Shown: positions 18,822 to 35,600, numbered from the stretch's first letter. The stretch is 64,000 nt of DNA from the human T2T-CHM13v2.0 reference genome, Homo sapiens (GCF_009914755.1 NC_060925.1); one strand, 5' to 3'. The notes: generated by a model not told the origin, from the letters alone. Made by a program: numbers and translations.

Positions 18822-18945
18822 AAGAAAGCAAATGTGGTATACACACAACATGGAATACTAAGCAGCCATAAAAAAGAACAAGATCATGTCTCTTGCAGGG
18901 ACATGGATGGAGCTAGAGGCCATTACCCTTAGCAACCAAATGCAG
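18822..18945 (+). mobile_element. L1P fragment (end of ORF2)
   Basis: atggaatactaagcagccataaaaaagaacaagatcatgtc. Confidence 0.85.
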
Positions 18946-19078
18946 TTTTATTATCCTGAAATAACACTGCCCATTTGTTTTCTGGCTTTGACAAATGGGT
19001 GTCATAAGTACAGATTCAAACTAATATTTCCCAAAAAGTTTGCAGACTACAGTCTAACTGATAAAAATGTTGGCTGGA

Positions 19079-19687
<609 letters not shown>

Positions 19688-19806
19688 GTTTACATTATGA
19701 TTAGCTCCACAGTATTTCATAGAAAGGGTCTTGAACCCAAGTAAAAAAATCCTTGATGGACCAGCGCTAATTTACATAAACGATCTAATGAACAGAATAA
19801 CTTTGA

Positions 19807-20040
<234 letters not shown>

Positions 20041-21004
20041 TAAGACCATTAGCTCTTCTTTAGATAAGCATACAAGAATCAAACTGTTGAGATGCTGTGG
20101 CACTGTCCTTGAGATGGAGAATTCAAGGCAAGAGGTCCAGAACTTTTCAATAATTTTGTAATCCAGTGGAAGGGAAATGTATGTAAACAAAGCTATAATT
20201 GGTAGTACTTCTGGGAACATCTGATTCTTAAGACAGTAACAGAAGGGCAAATAGGATTTAACCAAAGAAGACCAAAGGTGCAATAACTTGTTAGTGGGGG
20301 AAATTTGACCATGCTTAAAGGCATAGGGGAGGAAGGATAGAGTACAGAATGTGAGAGAGAAGCTATTTTCCACTTTTACAATCTTCAATCCTGGTTTTAG
20401 ACATCTTTTGTCATAATGGAAAAGATCAGTACTCTTGAGTTTTCAATATCAGTGCAGCTCAACCCTAGATGGTGAATGTCAAAATGTCCAGCCTTCAGGG
20501 GACCAGACCTGCCTGGACTGGTTACATCTCACAGACCAGCACTAAGGGAGCCACGGAAGATGAGTCCAAATGGAAAGAATCAGAGAGGGATATCAAAAGT
20601 AAAGTCCTTCAGGGAAATCCCAAGTGCACTCAAGGCTGGAAAGACCCAATGTCATTACCTAATTCAAAAGATGGTAGAAGGGTTCTAAATAGGAATTGAA
20701 GCTAAAAATCAGAAGCCACACAGGATTTGGATCAAAGCAGGAACAATTTGAAAACAATCAAGAAGGGTTCCAGGTGACCCCATCAGAGTGTTCAAGGACT
20801 ACTTTGGCTGGCCAGTAAGGAGCACTGGAGAAGAGGCTGGCTGAGATGGAAGAGGTGGTGTAGTAAGCCAAGCTTCAAGATGCAGTAAAGTTTACCAAGC
20901 AAAGTTTCTCAGTTTTACTTTGGGCAATTGCTTAGCCTTGAATGTTCATATATCCTAGTACTTAAGACAGGATTCTAATTTGTCCATATGCATCTTCTTC
21001 TCTA

Positions 21005-21130
21005 TACTGTGAGTTCCTTGAAGACCAGGACCTTGTTTTATACATCTTTGTATAAAACAGTTCATAGCTCAGTGCTCACCACACAGCAGGCACTCAAAAG
21101 ATATTTATGGAACTAATAAAGAATGACTAA
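21005..21130 (+). mobile_element. L2 3' end
   Basis: gtgagttccttgaagaccaggac...gcaggcactcaaaagatattt. Confidence 0.7.
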
Positions 21131-21342
21131 TGGAGAATATCACAAGCAGAGGGAGCAGATGTGAATGGTAGACACAGAAGCATGAAAGGGCATGGTACAT
21201 ACAGGACAGCTTTAGCGTAGGACACGTGCTCATGTTATGTTGTTATTGCTCAATAATTATGGCTTATCTGTAGCAAAATGGGCCTTCTTCTGTAGAATGA
21301 CTTCATCTCAGGACATAGTATTTCTTGTCTTTTGAAAATGTT

Positions 21343-21903
21343 AAACAGAAATATCATTCAACCCAGCAATCTCATTACTTGGTATGTATCCAAAGGAATA
21401 TAAATCATTCTACTATAAAGATACATGCATGTGTATGTTCATTGCAGCACTATTCACAATAGCAAAGACATGGAATCAACCTAGGTATGCATCAGTGGTA
21501 GACTGGATAAAGAAAGTGTGGTACATATACACCACGAAATACTATGCACCCATAAAAAAGAATGAGATCATATCCTTTGCAGGAACATGAATGGAGCTGG
21601 AGGCTATTATCCTTAGCAAACTAATGCAGGAACAGAAAACCTAATACTGCATGTTCTCACTTACAAGTGGGAGCTAAATGATGAGAACAAGTGGACACAC
21701 AGAGGGGAACAACATACACTACACTGGGGCCTACTTGAGGGTGGAGGGTGGGAGGAGGGAGAGGATCAGGAAAAATAATTAATGGGTACTAGACTTAATA
21801 CCTGGGTGATGAAATATCTGTGTAACAAACCCCCATGACACAAGTTTACCGAAATAACAAACCTGCACATGTACCACTGAACTTAAATAAAAGTTAAAAA
21901 AAA
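21343..21903 (+). mobile_element. L1PA13-16-type 3' end, 5'-truncated
   Basis: ORF2 C-terminus YPKEYKSFYYKDTC...FIAALFTIAKTWNQP, 3'UTR, aataaa and A-tail. Confidence 0.92.
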
Positions 21904-22073
21904 TAGTTATGACTTTCTAAATATATACATAATTAAGTTTTGACTATAAGGGAAGCCTCCTTGAATCATATGGAAGTCAAGCACTGGTCTTGTAAAAGCG
22001 GTTTCCTAGTTCCTAATATAGAGTTTCCCCTCCCACTCCCCAAGGGCTATTAGTGAATTTAAATACATGAAAT

Positions 22074-22707
<634 letters not shown>

Positions 22708-23007
22708 TAAAAAAAAAAAAAAAAAGAAATGGCAACAACAACAAAACCTTTGCTTTTGTTTTTCTGAATTCAAATATGTCCAGTAATATAACATATTAAT
22801 TTTTTATTGATGGTATTACAAATTACTATAAACTTGGTGGCTTAAACAATACAAATTAATTATCTCCCAATTTTGGAGGCCAAAAGTTCTACCTGGGGGC
22901 TATACTGAGGTGTCACCTGAGCTGAGTTTCTTTCTGAAGGTTGTAAGAGAGAAGACCGTATTCCTTAGCTTTGTGGCTCCCTTCCTTCATCTTCAAAGCC
23001 AGCAATG

Positions 23008-23380
<373 letters not shown>

Positions 23381-23395
23381 TTAAATATTTATGTG

Positions 23396-23700
23396 GGCCG
23401 GGCACAGTGGCCTGTAAACCCATCACGTTGGGAGATCAAGGTGGAAAGATCCCTAGAGTCCAGGAGTTCAAGACCAGTCTAGGCAACATAGTGAGACTAT
23501 GTCTCTATTAAAAAATTGTTTTAAAAGTAGCGGGGCATGGTGACAGTCCACCTGTCGTCCTAGCTAGTTGGGAGGCTGAGGTGGGAGGACCCCTTGAGCC
23601 CAGGAATTTGAGGTTACAGTGAGCTATGATCCCACCACTTCACTCTAGCTTGGGCGAAAGAGTGAGACCCTGTCTGGGGGAAAAAAAAAAGAAAAAACAA
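23396..23700 (+). mobile_element. AluJ nested in MLT1
   Basis: diverged dimer with gagcccagg and gtgagctatgat. Confidence 0.9.
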
Positions 23701-24258
23701 CGAAAGATTAAAGTGATTAGACTTGGCTTATCTAGATAACACAGCATAATATGCTTGTCTCAAGGTTCTTAACATGAATCATATCTGCAAAGTCTCTTTC
23801 GCCAAGTAAAGCAATATATTCACAAGTTAGGAAGTAGGAGAAAAGGATGTGGACATCTTTGGTAGCTGTTCTTCTACCTTTCACAGACAGACATGTTTTT
23901 CTTCAGTGCAGAATTAAGAGAGAAAAGTGTACTGCTGTTCATTCTATTTCTAATTTTAACACTTCTAGAGAACAGATATAAAATGATTCTTTAAGCTAAG
24001 GTCTAGCATTAATAAAATTGATTTCCTCAAGGTTTTCCACAAAATAAACCAAAAGAACCTTTCTAAATGTATCTCCCATTACCAACCTACAGTTACCCCA
24101 CCCTCTACAAATCACACTAATTACTGTTTCCTGAGCATTCCTGTCTGTCTTCTGCCCTACAATTTAGTTCCCCGGGATGTCCTTGCCATATCTATAACCT
24201 CTTCCATCTGTCCAAGTCCACCCTACCTTTGTAATACATAGGAAGGTTAGTATACAGG

Positions 24259-24584
<326 letters not shown>

Positions 24585-24779
24585 TCAGTATACAGGATAT
24601 GGAAAGAACTCCTAAAATCAGTGAGGAAAAAAGAGACGATTCCACAAAATGGTTTAAAATAAAGTGGCTGAGCAAGATGGCAGAGGAGGACTCCATAGGA
24701 GCCCTTCCTCCACAGAAGCCAGATTGACAAATACCAAAAAGTCTGAAAATATCAAGGGTTGGTGTTTTGTGGCACAATC

Positions 24780-25590
24780 AGAACACTAATCTGCTGATGG
24801 TAGTGGTGTAAATTGGTAGAACCACTGTGGAAAGTAATGTGGCATTATCTAGTAAAGATGAAAATAGGCCTATCCTATTAAATGTATACCTTAGGGAAAC
24901 TTGAACATCTCCTTAGGAGACAGGTACGAGAATGCTCAGAGAAGTGCAGTTTGCAATAGCAAATCCCTGAAAGCAGCCTAAGTGCTCATCAACAGGATAA
25001 TGGGCAAATCAATTATGACATATTCATAAACTGGAATACTATAGACCTGTGAAAATAAATGAATGAGAGAAACGCTCATCTACAGGAATGATGGTTTGAA
25101 GCAACTATTGAATGAGAACAATTTTGCATAAGTATATCCATAACAATTTCATTTATGTAACAGTCAAAAATAGGCAAAACAAAACAAAATGTTGTTTGAG
25201 CAAGAAACATGTATAAGGTAAAATTATATAAACAAAAGCAAGAGAATTAAAAACACAAAATTCTGGATTGCTATTTATGTCTGAGGGTAGATGAGCAGGA
25301 GTGAGGTGAGGGAGAGCTTCACATACAGAGCTCAAAGTTGGGGGTGTTGTTCCAGTTTGTAAAACACGGCAGCAGATCCACAAGTGTCCACTGAATGTTC
25401 AGTATGTCATTATTCTTTAACAGTATCTACCTTCAAAGTTGGGGGTGTTGTTCCAATTTGTAAAACAGGCAGAAGATCCACAAATGTCCAGTATGTCCTG
25501 AATGTTCAGTATATCATTATTCTTTAACAGTATCTACCTCATATTTAATAAATATTTAATCTTCAATTCTTTTCAAATGAAACAATTTTC
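24780..25590 (+). mobile_element. Old L1ME-type 3' region
   Basis: gtgtaaattggtagaaccactgtggaaagtaatgtggc..., ggaatactata motifs. Confidence 0.7.
25332..25539. repeat. Diverged tandem duplication, about 101-bp unit x2
   Basis: tcaaagttgggggtgttgttcca...ttctttaacagtatctacct starting at 25332 and at 25433. Confidence 0.9.
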
Positions 25591-25884
25591 AAAAACTTTA
25601 CCTTTCTGTCCAAATGGAGCTCAGGTACCTTCTTTTCCCTGAAGACAGGGTGCTAAGGAGGGAAGCCACAGGGTGTGGAGCCTAACAGACTTAGGTTTAA
25701 TTTTAGATAAGTTCGTTCTTTCTTTCCTCATTTGAAAATCCTTCAAAGGGTTTTTGTGAGAATTAAATGAGAAAATACATACCAGGTACATTTTAGTTTC
25801 TCAATAAACATTAGCTCCACTTTCGCCAAAGGCTCCATGTCTCCCTGCTTCATGTCTCATAACATGTTATATTATCGTGTTCTA

Positions 25885-26208
<324 letters not shown>

Positions 26209-26498
26209 TTATTTGTATATTTACCTCTACTTCCCATCCCTATCACTAAATCATAAGCTCTTTATGAGCAAAGATACATGCATAACCTGTAACAGATACT
26301 CAATTTTGTTGAATAGGACTAAAATAGTACAACCTAGAAATAAAGATTGGAATTCACTTTTAACATTCTCTTTCAATTTAGAGATAAGAAATCATTTTTT
26401 AAGTAACTTAACTGAAACACTAAGTAAATTTGGAGAAATCTTTAGAATGAGTTTTAGAGCCCTTGAAATGAAATAATTGAATGCCCCACATATTTTAA

Positions 26499-26807
<309 letters not shown>

Positions 26808-27029
26808 GCTTTATTCTCTTTTTACCTCAGTTGGTTGGTAAAACAACAAAGGTTGAATGCTAAAGTTAAATTAAAATGCCTTTCCCTTAGGACTCTGATT
26901 TTCACCAGCAGTCTTGTTTTGTCCATTCCTTTTCATTTTCAATTATGTAATATTTATCTATTCACCTCTTCTGTTAATTTCTTTTTTGATGTATTGTGAC
27001 CATGAATGATGACACAGTGGTACTAAATC

Positions 27030-27150
27030 TTACAATTGAATAGCACCTTGCTATACATATTATTTATTTGATTCTCATAACTAGGTAACAGGGAAGTCCC
27101 TTAAGATCACACATCTAATAAGTGACAGAGTCAGGATTTGAACCCAGGTA
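27030..27150 (-). mobile_element. MIR
   Basis: aagatcacacatctaataagtgacagagtcaggatttgaacccagg. Confidence 0.75.
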
Positions 27151-27165
27151 TTTTACCAGTGATAG

Positions 27166-27303
<138 letters not shown>

Positions 27304-27534
27304 TAGGAGTAGAGGGGTCACAGAACAGTAGAGAATCTGCCATCTCATTCCTGACCCTGGGCTACCAAGCAAGGTTGGAGAAAATCATACAGTCAGTTGG
27401 ACCGTTGCTTCCAAAAACGTATCATGTGCAGTCCCAGAAAAGTCTTGGACTGTGTGTGTCAATGACCGGGTCCCTTGTCTCTGCCATACCACGTGGTGGT
27501 TATTTTGAACGTTACTCTGTTGGCTTGTCAACTA

Positions 27535-27790
27535 CAGGGTAAAATCCAAATGCCCTTGCTTGGCTTATAAAACCTCCAGGATCCACCCTCTTTTTTCACC
27601 ACCTTTTCCTCATACTCTGCCTATATTCCAACCACATGAAATTACTTTCCGTGCCCTAAGCATCACTGGTCTCTCCAATACCTCTGAAACTGTGCCCGTG
27701 CTGCCCCCCTGCCCAGAATTCATTCATTTCTTGTTTCCCTCAAAATCCCTACTCATCCTTCAAGTCTCCACCCCAGGTAACCTTTGTTAG
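27535..27790 (+). mobile_element. L2 fragment
   Basis: gggtaaaatccaaatgccctt...cctactcatccttcaagtctc. Confidence 0.6.
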
Positions 27791-27966
27791 ACAACTAATT
27801 AATTAACCCAAGAAATAATAAGCCAGAGACCAAATATTTCAAATTAACTTATATCTTAGATGTTATCTTTCCTAAGAACATGTTGTAACAGGTATCAAAT
27901 ACTTAAGCTAACAGATGATGCTAAAGGGTGAACTATCAAGATTTAGTAGTGAATTTCTAAGAGGTA

Positions 27967-28114
27967 GACGGAATGCAGTGTCTCACACCTGTAACCCTGG
28001 GATTTTGGGAGGCAGAGGCAAGGGGACTGCTTGAGCCCAGAAATTTGAGACCAGCCTGGGCAACATAATGGGGCCCTGTCTCTATTTTAAAAATAAAAAA
28101 TAAAATAAAATAAA
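27967..28114 (+). mobile_element. Alu monomer (FLAM)
   Basis: left arm plus A-tail. Confidence 0.85.
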
Positions 28115-28239
28115 GATTTAATGCTGAGCAACTGGGAAGAAGGGGGGTGTGTATTTTGAAGCAGCTGGGCCTTCTCACTCCTCATCCCAACTCCTGAATT
28201 CATATTACAGAAGTAATCACTTTGAGTGTGTCTCACTGA

Positions 28240-28377
<138 letters not shown>

Positions 28378-28398
28378 TAGTACTAATTCCACCGTTAA

Positions 28399-28793
<395 letters not shown>

Positions 28794-29109
28794 TCAGTTC
28801 ATATTTTTTATGAATATTCCAGATGTGTGTGTTTTAGCTCAGTGAGATGAAAATCATGAATTTGCTGGACAGAGAAAGAGAAAAATCAAATAAGATCAAT
28901 AAGCCTGAGCTAATGAAGCTTATCTAGACCTTTATGTCTGAAATTCACTGAGCTGTTTTAGAAACTAGGAGATTTGACACGACATAGAGGAGGGCTGTAT
29001 AACCATCCTTGTGTCTTAATTTGGTTGTACCTACAGAGTAAAGCCATGAGGTCAGTTTCTGTCTTAGCTGCAAGAATTTTTCTACAGTATTAATAAAAAT
29101 AACTAACAT

Positions 29110-29300
29110 GCAATGCTTTAGAGTTTGCAGTGATTTTATAAATGATTCATTTGATTTTCACAATAAGAACAAAGAAAATATTAGACTGTCTTAGAGCTGG
29201 GGAAAAAATGGAGTCTAAAGTAAGGTCAAGTGGCTTACCAAAGATCACATACAAATGAAGTGATAAGCTGATACCTACTCTGACTCCAAGCTCATTCAAT
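29110..29300 (-). mobile_element. MIR
   Basis: aggtcaagtggcttaccaaagatcacatac...tctgactccaag. Confidence 0.6.
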
Positions 29301-31083
29301 GAAACCATGATAGCCTACACAGCTATCACTATATAACCTATCACTCTCCTACTAGTTCTAGAAGCTTTCAGGGGCCTAACTTAACCTGTGGCCATTTATC
29401 CAGTCATTAAAATAGATCAAACATTTAGGAGGAAGATATAGCACATGGTAATTTTTTATAAGTCTCCTTTCCATGAAGTCAGATTAAAATTAAAAAGGAG
29501 TTGGCGTTTATTGATTGTGCCTAACTCAGTAATACATAACAAATACTGACAACAACAACAATATTCAAAGCTGCTTTAATTAATATTGAAAACTTTGCCA
29601 TAATAATGTTAGCTTGTGCACTTAATGAGAATATGAATAATTTCTGTTCATCATCAACTCTGACAATTATTTAAGAATTTTTGGCATTAGAAGAGTTTTC
29701 TGTTAAAAAATATCATTTACTTTTAATTGTTTTATGTAACTGATGAAACACAGTTGTATAAATAATCCAAAACCTTGTCTAGAGACCTGGAAATGAAAAA
29801 AAAAATCCAAAACTAAAGGTAATAAAGTATTTGTATTTTTTTCTGCACGACTCTGTGCATTAGGTTTTATAATTCATGCATTTTATGTCTATTTGCACTC
29901 TTATTTAAATTTTATCTCATCTGATGTTAAATATACTTTGCATTCTTTAAGTAAATACTAAGTGACAGAAAGAAGATGGCCAAATATGTCTTAGGTACCA
30001 GGGGGAAGACAATATGGAATGAAAAATTATTCACAGTTAATCTACATAAAGACTAATCTACACTCCAATAACCAGAATTTGACTCTACTATAATTAATTT
30101 TATTAGAGATCATAAAGAATGATAAATTATTTATCCAAACACAAAGACATTTTTAAGATGTCTAAATAACCTGATGTTCTGACAAATCCTTTATTTTCTC
30201 TTAATCACTCTGATAGATCGTCGATCACACCAGAAAGACAAAAAGAATAGATGTCTTCATTTGTTTATAGAAAATAGGTGCCTTAATTTGCTTAAATTGA
30301 AAAATCCTCACATAAAACTCTCTTCTGGTTTACTAAAAGAAATAGTTAAGTGTGGCCAGGAGGTCAAAATTGGTTTCCAATATACAATTAAGACCAATTG
30401 TGCACTTAGTAAGATGACAAAATCTGGAAACTGGGATAGATTAAAGCACCACTATGTTAACTGTCTACAATTTTAGAACTCCAAAGAGCCTAAATGGAAA
30501 AACAGTGGATCACATAAAATCAGTAGTTAGACACCAAATGCCTCGTTTCATAAAAATACTTCCAAAATGGTGGGCATAAAACGACCTCAGAAATTCAGGG
30601 GGAGAAATTTCACTTTTATGAAACAAATATTTATGGAATACCTTAAAATATTCATCATGTCCCCTGCACTGTTCTGGGCACCAGGAATCCATTTATAGAT
30701 TAAGGAACTTACAGTACAGTTGGAAGAAAGTCCTTTGAGTAAAAGGTTCAATAACAGATATCTTAGTCTATTTTGACTTACTATTTTTAAATATAGAAAT
30801 GCTAATTCTGAATATGAACTTCTTTAAATCATTTATACGTCTCTTTAGAATTAAACAACACATTATAAAATATTAACCATGGTACAACAAAAGATAAATC
30901 AGAACATGAGTTTGTATTTCCTTTTCAGTTTAAATGTAGGAAGAGAAGGGAAGAAAGTGAACTTTGGAAAGTGTAACCCATTTTCAAAATTGTGGAAACA
31001 TGTCCAATCATGCAAAAATGTCTAAGTGAAAGATGGTATATGTGAAAACATACTCCATAGTTTTTCCAAAGTATTTAATGACA

Positions 31084-31202
31084 GGCCAGGCTCAGTGGCT
31101 CATGCCTGTAATCCCAGCACTTTGGGAGGCTGAGGCAGTTGAACTGATTGAACCCAGGAGTTTGAGACCAGTCTGGGAAACACAGTGAGACTTTGTCTCT
31201 CC

Positions 31203-31236
<34 letters not shown>

Positions 31237-31397
31237 AATTAGCCGGGTGTGGTGGTGCACACCTGTAGTCCCAGCTGCTTGGGAGAGGTGGGAGGATCGC
31301 TTGAGCCTGGAAAGTGGACGTTGCAGTGAGCCAAGATCGTGCCAAAGCATCTCAGCCTGGATGACAGAATGAAACTCTGTCTCAAAAAAAAAAAAAA
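31084..31397 (+). mobile_element. AluJ with expanded central A28
   Basis: TSD aaagtatttaatgaca. Confidence 0.93.
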
Positions 31398-31509
31398 GTA
31401 TTTAATGACAGAAAAATTATCACAATTTTATTTTAGGTGAAAAGAATATATAAACTGTAACTCAGTAATATTTCTAATGACAACAGCAAATCTTTATTTT
31501 CAAATCAAT

Positions 31510-31730
31510 GTTGCCCAGTATGATATTGTGCATTTGCTATGTACTCTTTCATTTCATCTTTGCAACAACACTTTGAGATATGTTGCAATGATCATCCTCC
31601 TGTTACAGTTAAGAAAACTGAAACACAGAGGATAAGTAATTCCTCTGAGATTCCAAAAAAGCAAGTCATAGAGCTGGGATAAATCCAGTCACTTAACTTC
31701 AAAGCCTGGACACTTAAATGCAATGCGGTA
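31510..31730 (-). mobile_element. MIR
   Basis: ttacagttaagaaaactgaaacacagaggataagtaatt core. Confidence 0.75.
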
Positions 31731-31959
31731 TAATTCAGTGATGGGTGAGCTGCTAGGTCTCTCCTGGTCAGAATAACCTTATGAGAATTAACAATTAATG
31801 AACACTAGAGAGCCCCACCCTTCCCATCTTTTTCAGTCTCCTCACTGATGTAATTTTTTTCATAGCTCTGATCACTACATGACATTGTATCATATAAAAA
31901 TCCATTTTTTCCAAAATTATTTTTCATATAGCTTAATTTTTCCCCTAAAAAGTCATTTT

Positions 31960-32090
31960 TATTGCCTTTATCCCACTAGAATGTAAGATCCATGAAGGCA
32001 GAAACTTTGCCTAACTTACTCTCTGCTGCAGTGCCAATGTCTGGAACATAAGAGACACTGCAGAAACATTTGCTGAATGAAATAGTGAAT
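31960..32090 (+). mobile_element. L2 3' end
   Basis: ctagaatgtaagatccatgaaggcag...catttgctgaatgaa. Confidence 0.75.
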
Positions 32091-32448
32091 TAGCCTTTAA
32101 AACAAGTGGAAAAAGAAAAAGAGAAAATAAAAGAAAGATCTGTGCAGCTTGGAAAGTTCCCTCTGCTGGGGTTTAGCAGGTTGATCCAGGGAGCTAAGCC
32201 TCCTACCTTGTCTGTGGGAGAAAGAGGAGTACTCATGTGACCTCTTAATGTCCAAGCTTAAAGGATCCGTAAGTGGTTGAATCTTGACCTTAGGAGCTCA
32301 CTCTTCTCCCTTTCCTTATAACTCTCTACATCTCCTCTTCCCTTTTTCTTCTTTCTTTCTTTATCCCCATAATAGACCATAAAATCAAATTGACATGTAT
32401 TGTGAATATTGGTTGAACATTACTGATATGAATTTTTAAACCAAATTA

Positions 32449-32712
<264 letters not shown>

Positions 32713-32786
32713 TCACTTGATTTTATTTTCCTGTGAGCCAACCGACTCTGATGTTATTAATCTGCAATATTAATTAATTATTAATT

Positions 32787-32811
32787 GTGCTCGCTTCAGC
32801 AGCACATATAC
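32787..32811 (+). pseudogene. Tailless U6 snRNA 5'-fragment retropseudogene (nt 1-25)
   Basis: GTGCTCGCTTCAGCAGCACATATAC matches U6 nt 1-25 at 24/25; flanked by direct repeat attaattattaatt. Confidence 0.9.
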
Positions 32812-33015
32812 AATATTAATTATTAATTAACCAAGTCTTGTTTTGTTTTGTTTTGACCCAACCCTTTCCACACTGTGCAGCTGAGTCCTAGAATGGATAA
32901 CTGCCCAGTTAAGTAGCTCTTCAGCTTCTGCTTGTCCACCGCATCCTTCAGGAGCCCCACCTCCTAATTTAACATACTTTTATCCTGAAGTCACATAGGA
33001 TTGTTAAGTAAATAA

Positions 33016-33222
<207 letters not shown>

Positions 33223-33799
33223 GGAGAAAAAATCAGAAATGGCTGCTGCACATAAAATGGCAATGTTTGGATGATACCTGCTCTTTATTTCAGGATGAGA
33301 GGGAGAAACCACCAGACACTATCAGTCATCTCTGGTGTCAGGCCATCCTATTGATGGGAAAGATTGCTTAGGGAGTTCTGGTGACCTTAACTCTGAATAC
33401 CAAGCAAGCAGCAAGCAGCCAGAAGTTTAGGCGGTGTTTCTTATTTACTGTCAGCAAACTGACACATAAGAAAACAAATGAAATCAACAGCATTAGTAGG
33501 TCTAAAATAATATGGTTATCAATGTTTAGCTTTCCACTTCCTCCCATTGGTCACCTTACTCCACAGCAAGAATGACTGTCAGAACATGTGCAGTAAAAGG
33601 CACTTTCAAGTCATGCTATGTGTTGTACAAAAAGAATTATTAAAAAGAAAAATGTACCAGTCAGATCTCTAGATGTTTGTCTTCTTCATTTAGAGAAATA
33701 TTATCTGGAAGAAAATGTCCTAAGTTTCTCAAAGTCAGAAATTATTTCTATGTAGTCCAGACCTGACTCCAGATAAATATAAAAGACGGCAAAGAAAGG

Positions 33800-34960
33800 A
33801 AGAAAAATGGGTCATAGAAATAGAAAAAGCATAGTAACATGGTAGATTTAACCTTAAATATATCAATAATTATGAAACCTTTAATAGGTTAAAGTATGCA
33901 AGTTTAAAAGGTTGTCAGAATGGATTAAAAAAACAAAATCCAACTATATGTTGTTTACAAGAAACACATCTAACATACAAGGACACCAAACTCTTAAAGA
34001 TAAAAGAATGAAAAAAGATGTATGATGCAAAAACTAACCTAAAGAAAATCAATATAGCCATATTAATATTAAAATACACTTTAAGAAAATAAACAAGAAT
34101 CTTTATAAAAGTTTTATAAAGTTATTAATAATAACTCAAAAAAGGAAAAAGCCTAGTTTCCACAACAGAAGAATGACTAAACAAACTATGGTAGGGTAGG
34201 ACAATGGAATCCTCAGCAATTAAAGGGAATAAAATGCTAATGCATGCATTAACATAGACCAATCTCAAGAATATGTTAAGTCAAAAAAACTTTACAGAAA
34301 GAATACATGTTGTATGATTCCACGTTTATAAAATTCTACAACAGGAAAGACTAACACTCAGTTTAAAAAATTAAAACAATGGTGGCCTCTGGAAGAGAGG
34401 GCAAATATCACAGAGAGATTTAGAGATTTAGAAGGGGTATGAAAGAACTTTCTGGGGTGAATGGTAATGTTATCTTAATAAAGTTTGGGTTATACAGCTA
34501 GGTGTGCATTTCAAAATTTATTGGATGATATTTCTGCATTTCGTTGTATGTGAATTTTTTCAAAAAATTAAGAATTGTAAACTAATATTCTCATTGATAT
34601 GCATGCTAATAGGATTACTAGTGTCTTCCACTTACTTTGAAATGAATCAAAAAAATAAGATGAACTAATGGATAGAGGGATGGACTGATAGATGGATATG
34701 TGTTAGAGCATATCTAAAACCACATTAATTATGGAATCTAGGTGGTAGGAATACAGGTATTCATTAAAGAACTCTTTCAAATTCTCTGAGTGTTTTCATT
34801 TTTTTCCATACTAAAAGAGAGGAGGGAAAAAAGTTTAATGAAGAAATCAATATAACATTTTAGAGAAAACTTTGAGGAACTCTGTATAAATGCAAAGGTA
34901 TATTTATGTTCATGGCTTTGAGGATTCAATATTGTAAAGATGTAAGTTCTTTCTATACTA
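33800..34960 (+). mobile_element. Old L1M/L1ME fragments (ORF2 start and 3' end)
   Basis: atccaactatatgttgtttacaagaaacacat (EN domain start); tgtatgattccacgtttatataaaattc. Confidence 0.7.
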
Positions 34961-35600
34961 GTCATCTATTGCTGCATAACAAACAATGAAAAAAAATTGA
35001 GTGGCTCGCAACAGCAATCATGTATTTGCTCATGACTCTGTGGGTCAGCAATGTGGGCTGGCTCCACCGGGGCATTTCTTCTGGTCTCACCTGGTGCCAC
35101 TCACACAACTGCAGTGAGTGTCTAAATGGTCTAAGACGGCCTCCTTGTGTTTGATGCTGACTACTGGCTGGACTTCTCTTTCTGTGTGATCTCTCATCTC
35201 CAAAGAGCCAAGGGGCCAGATTACAGTCTGTAATTCCAGAACTTGGGGAGGCTGAGGTGGAAGGATCACTTGAGCGCAGAAGTTTGAGACCAACCTAGGC
35301 AACATAGCAAAACTCTGTCTCTACAGTAAATACACAAATTAGCTGGGTGTGGTGGCACAGGCCTGTAGTTCCAGCTACTGGAGATGCTGAGGTGGAAAGA
35401 TCACTTGGGCCTGGGGTGTCAAGGCTGCAGTGAGCTGAGATCGCACCGCTGCACACCAGCCTGAGTGAGGGAGCGAAATCCTGTCTCAAACACAAAACAA
35501 AACAAAACAAAAACACAAAGAGGCGAGACCACAATTCTTCACATAATGATTTGATGGTTTCAAGAAGGCAAAAACAGAAGCTACAAGATCTCTTGAAGCA
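34960..35600 (-). mobile_element. MLT1 (H/J-like) LTR with nested Alu
   Basis: atctattgctgcataacaaac...ttgctcatgactctgtgggtcagcaat. Confidence 0.7.
35214..35518 (+). mobile_element. AluJ
   Basis: diverged dimer with (CAAAA)n tail. Confidence 0.9.

Noticed and set aside
33639-34768. Polyadenylation signal for WDR64
   Set aside because: Several candidates (ATTAAA 33639, AATAAA 34088, ATTAAA 34763) lie in A-rich or L1-derived sequence and cannot be ranked without 3'-end data.
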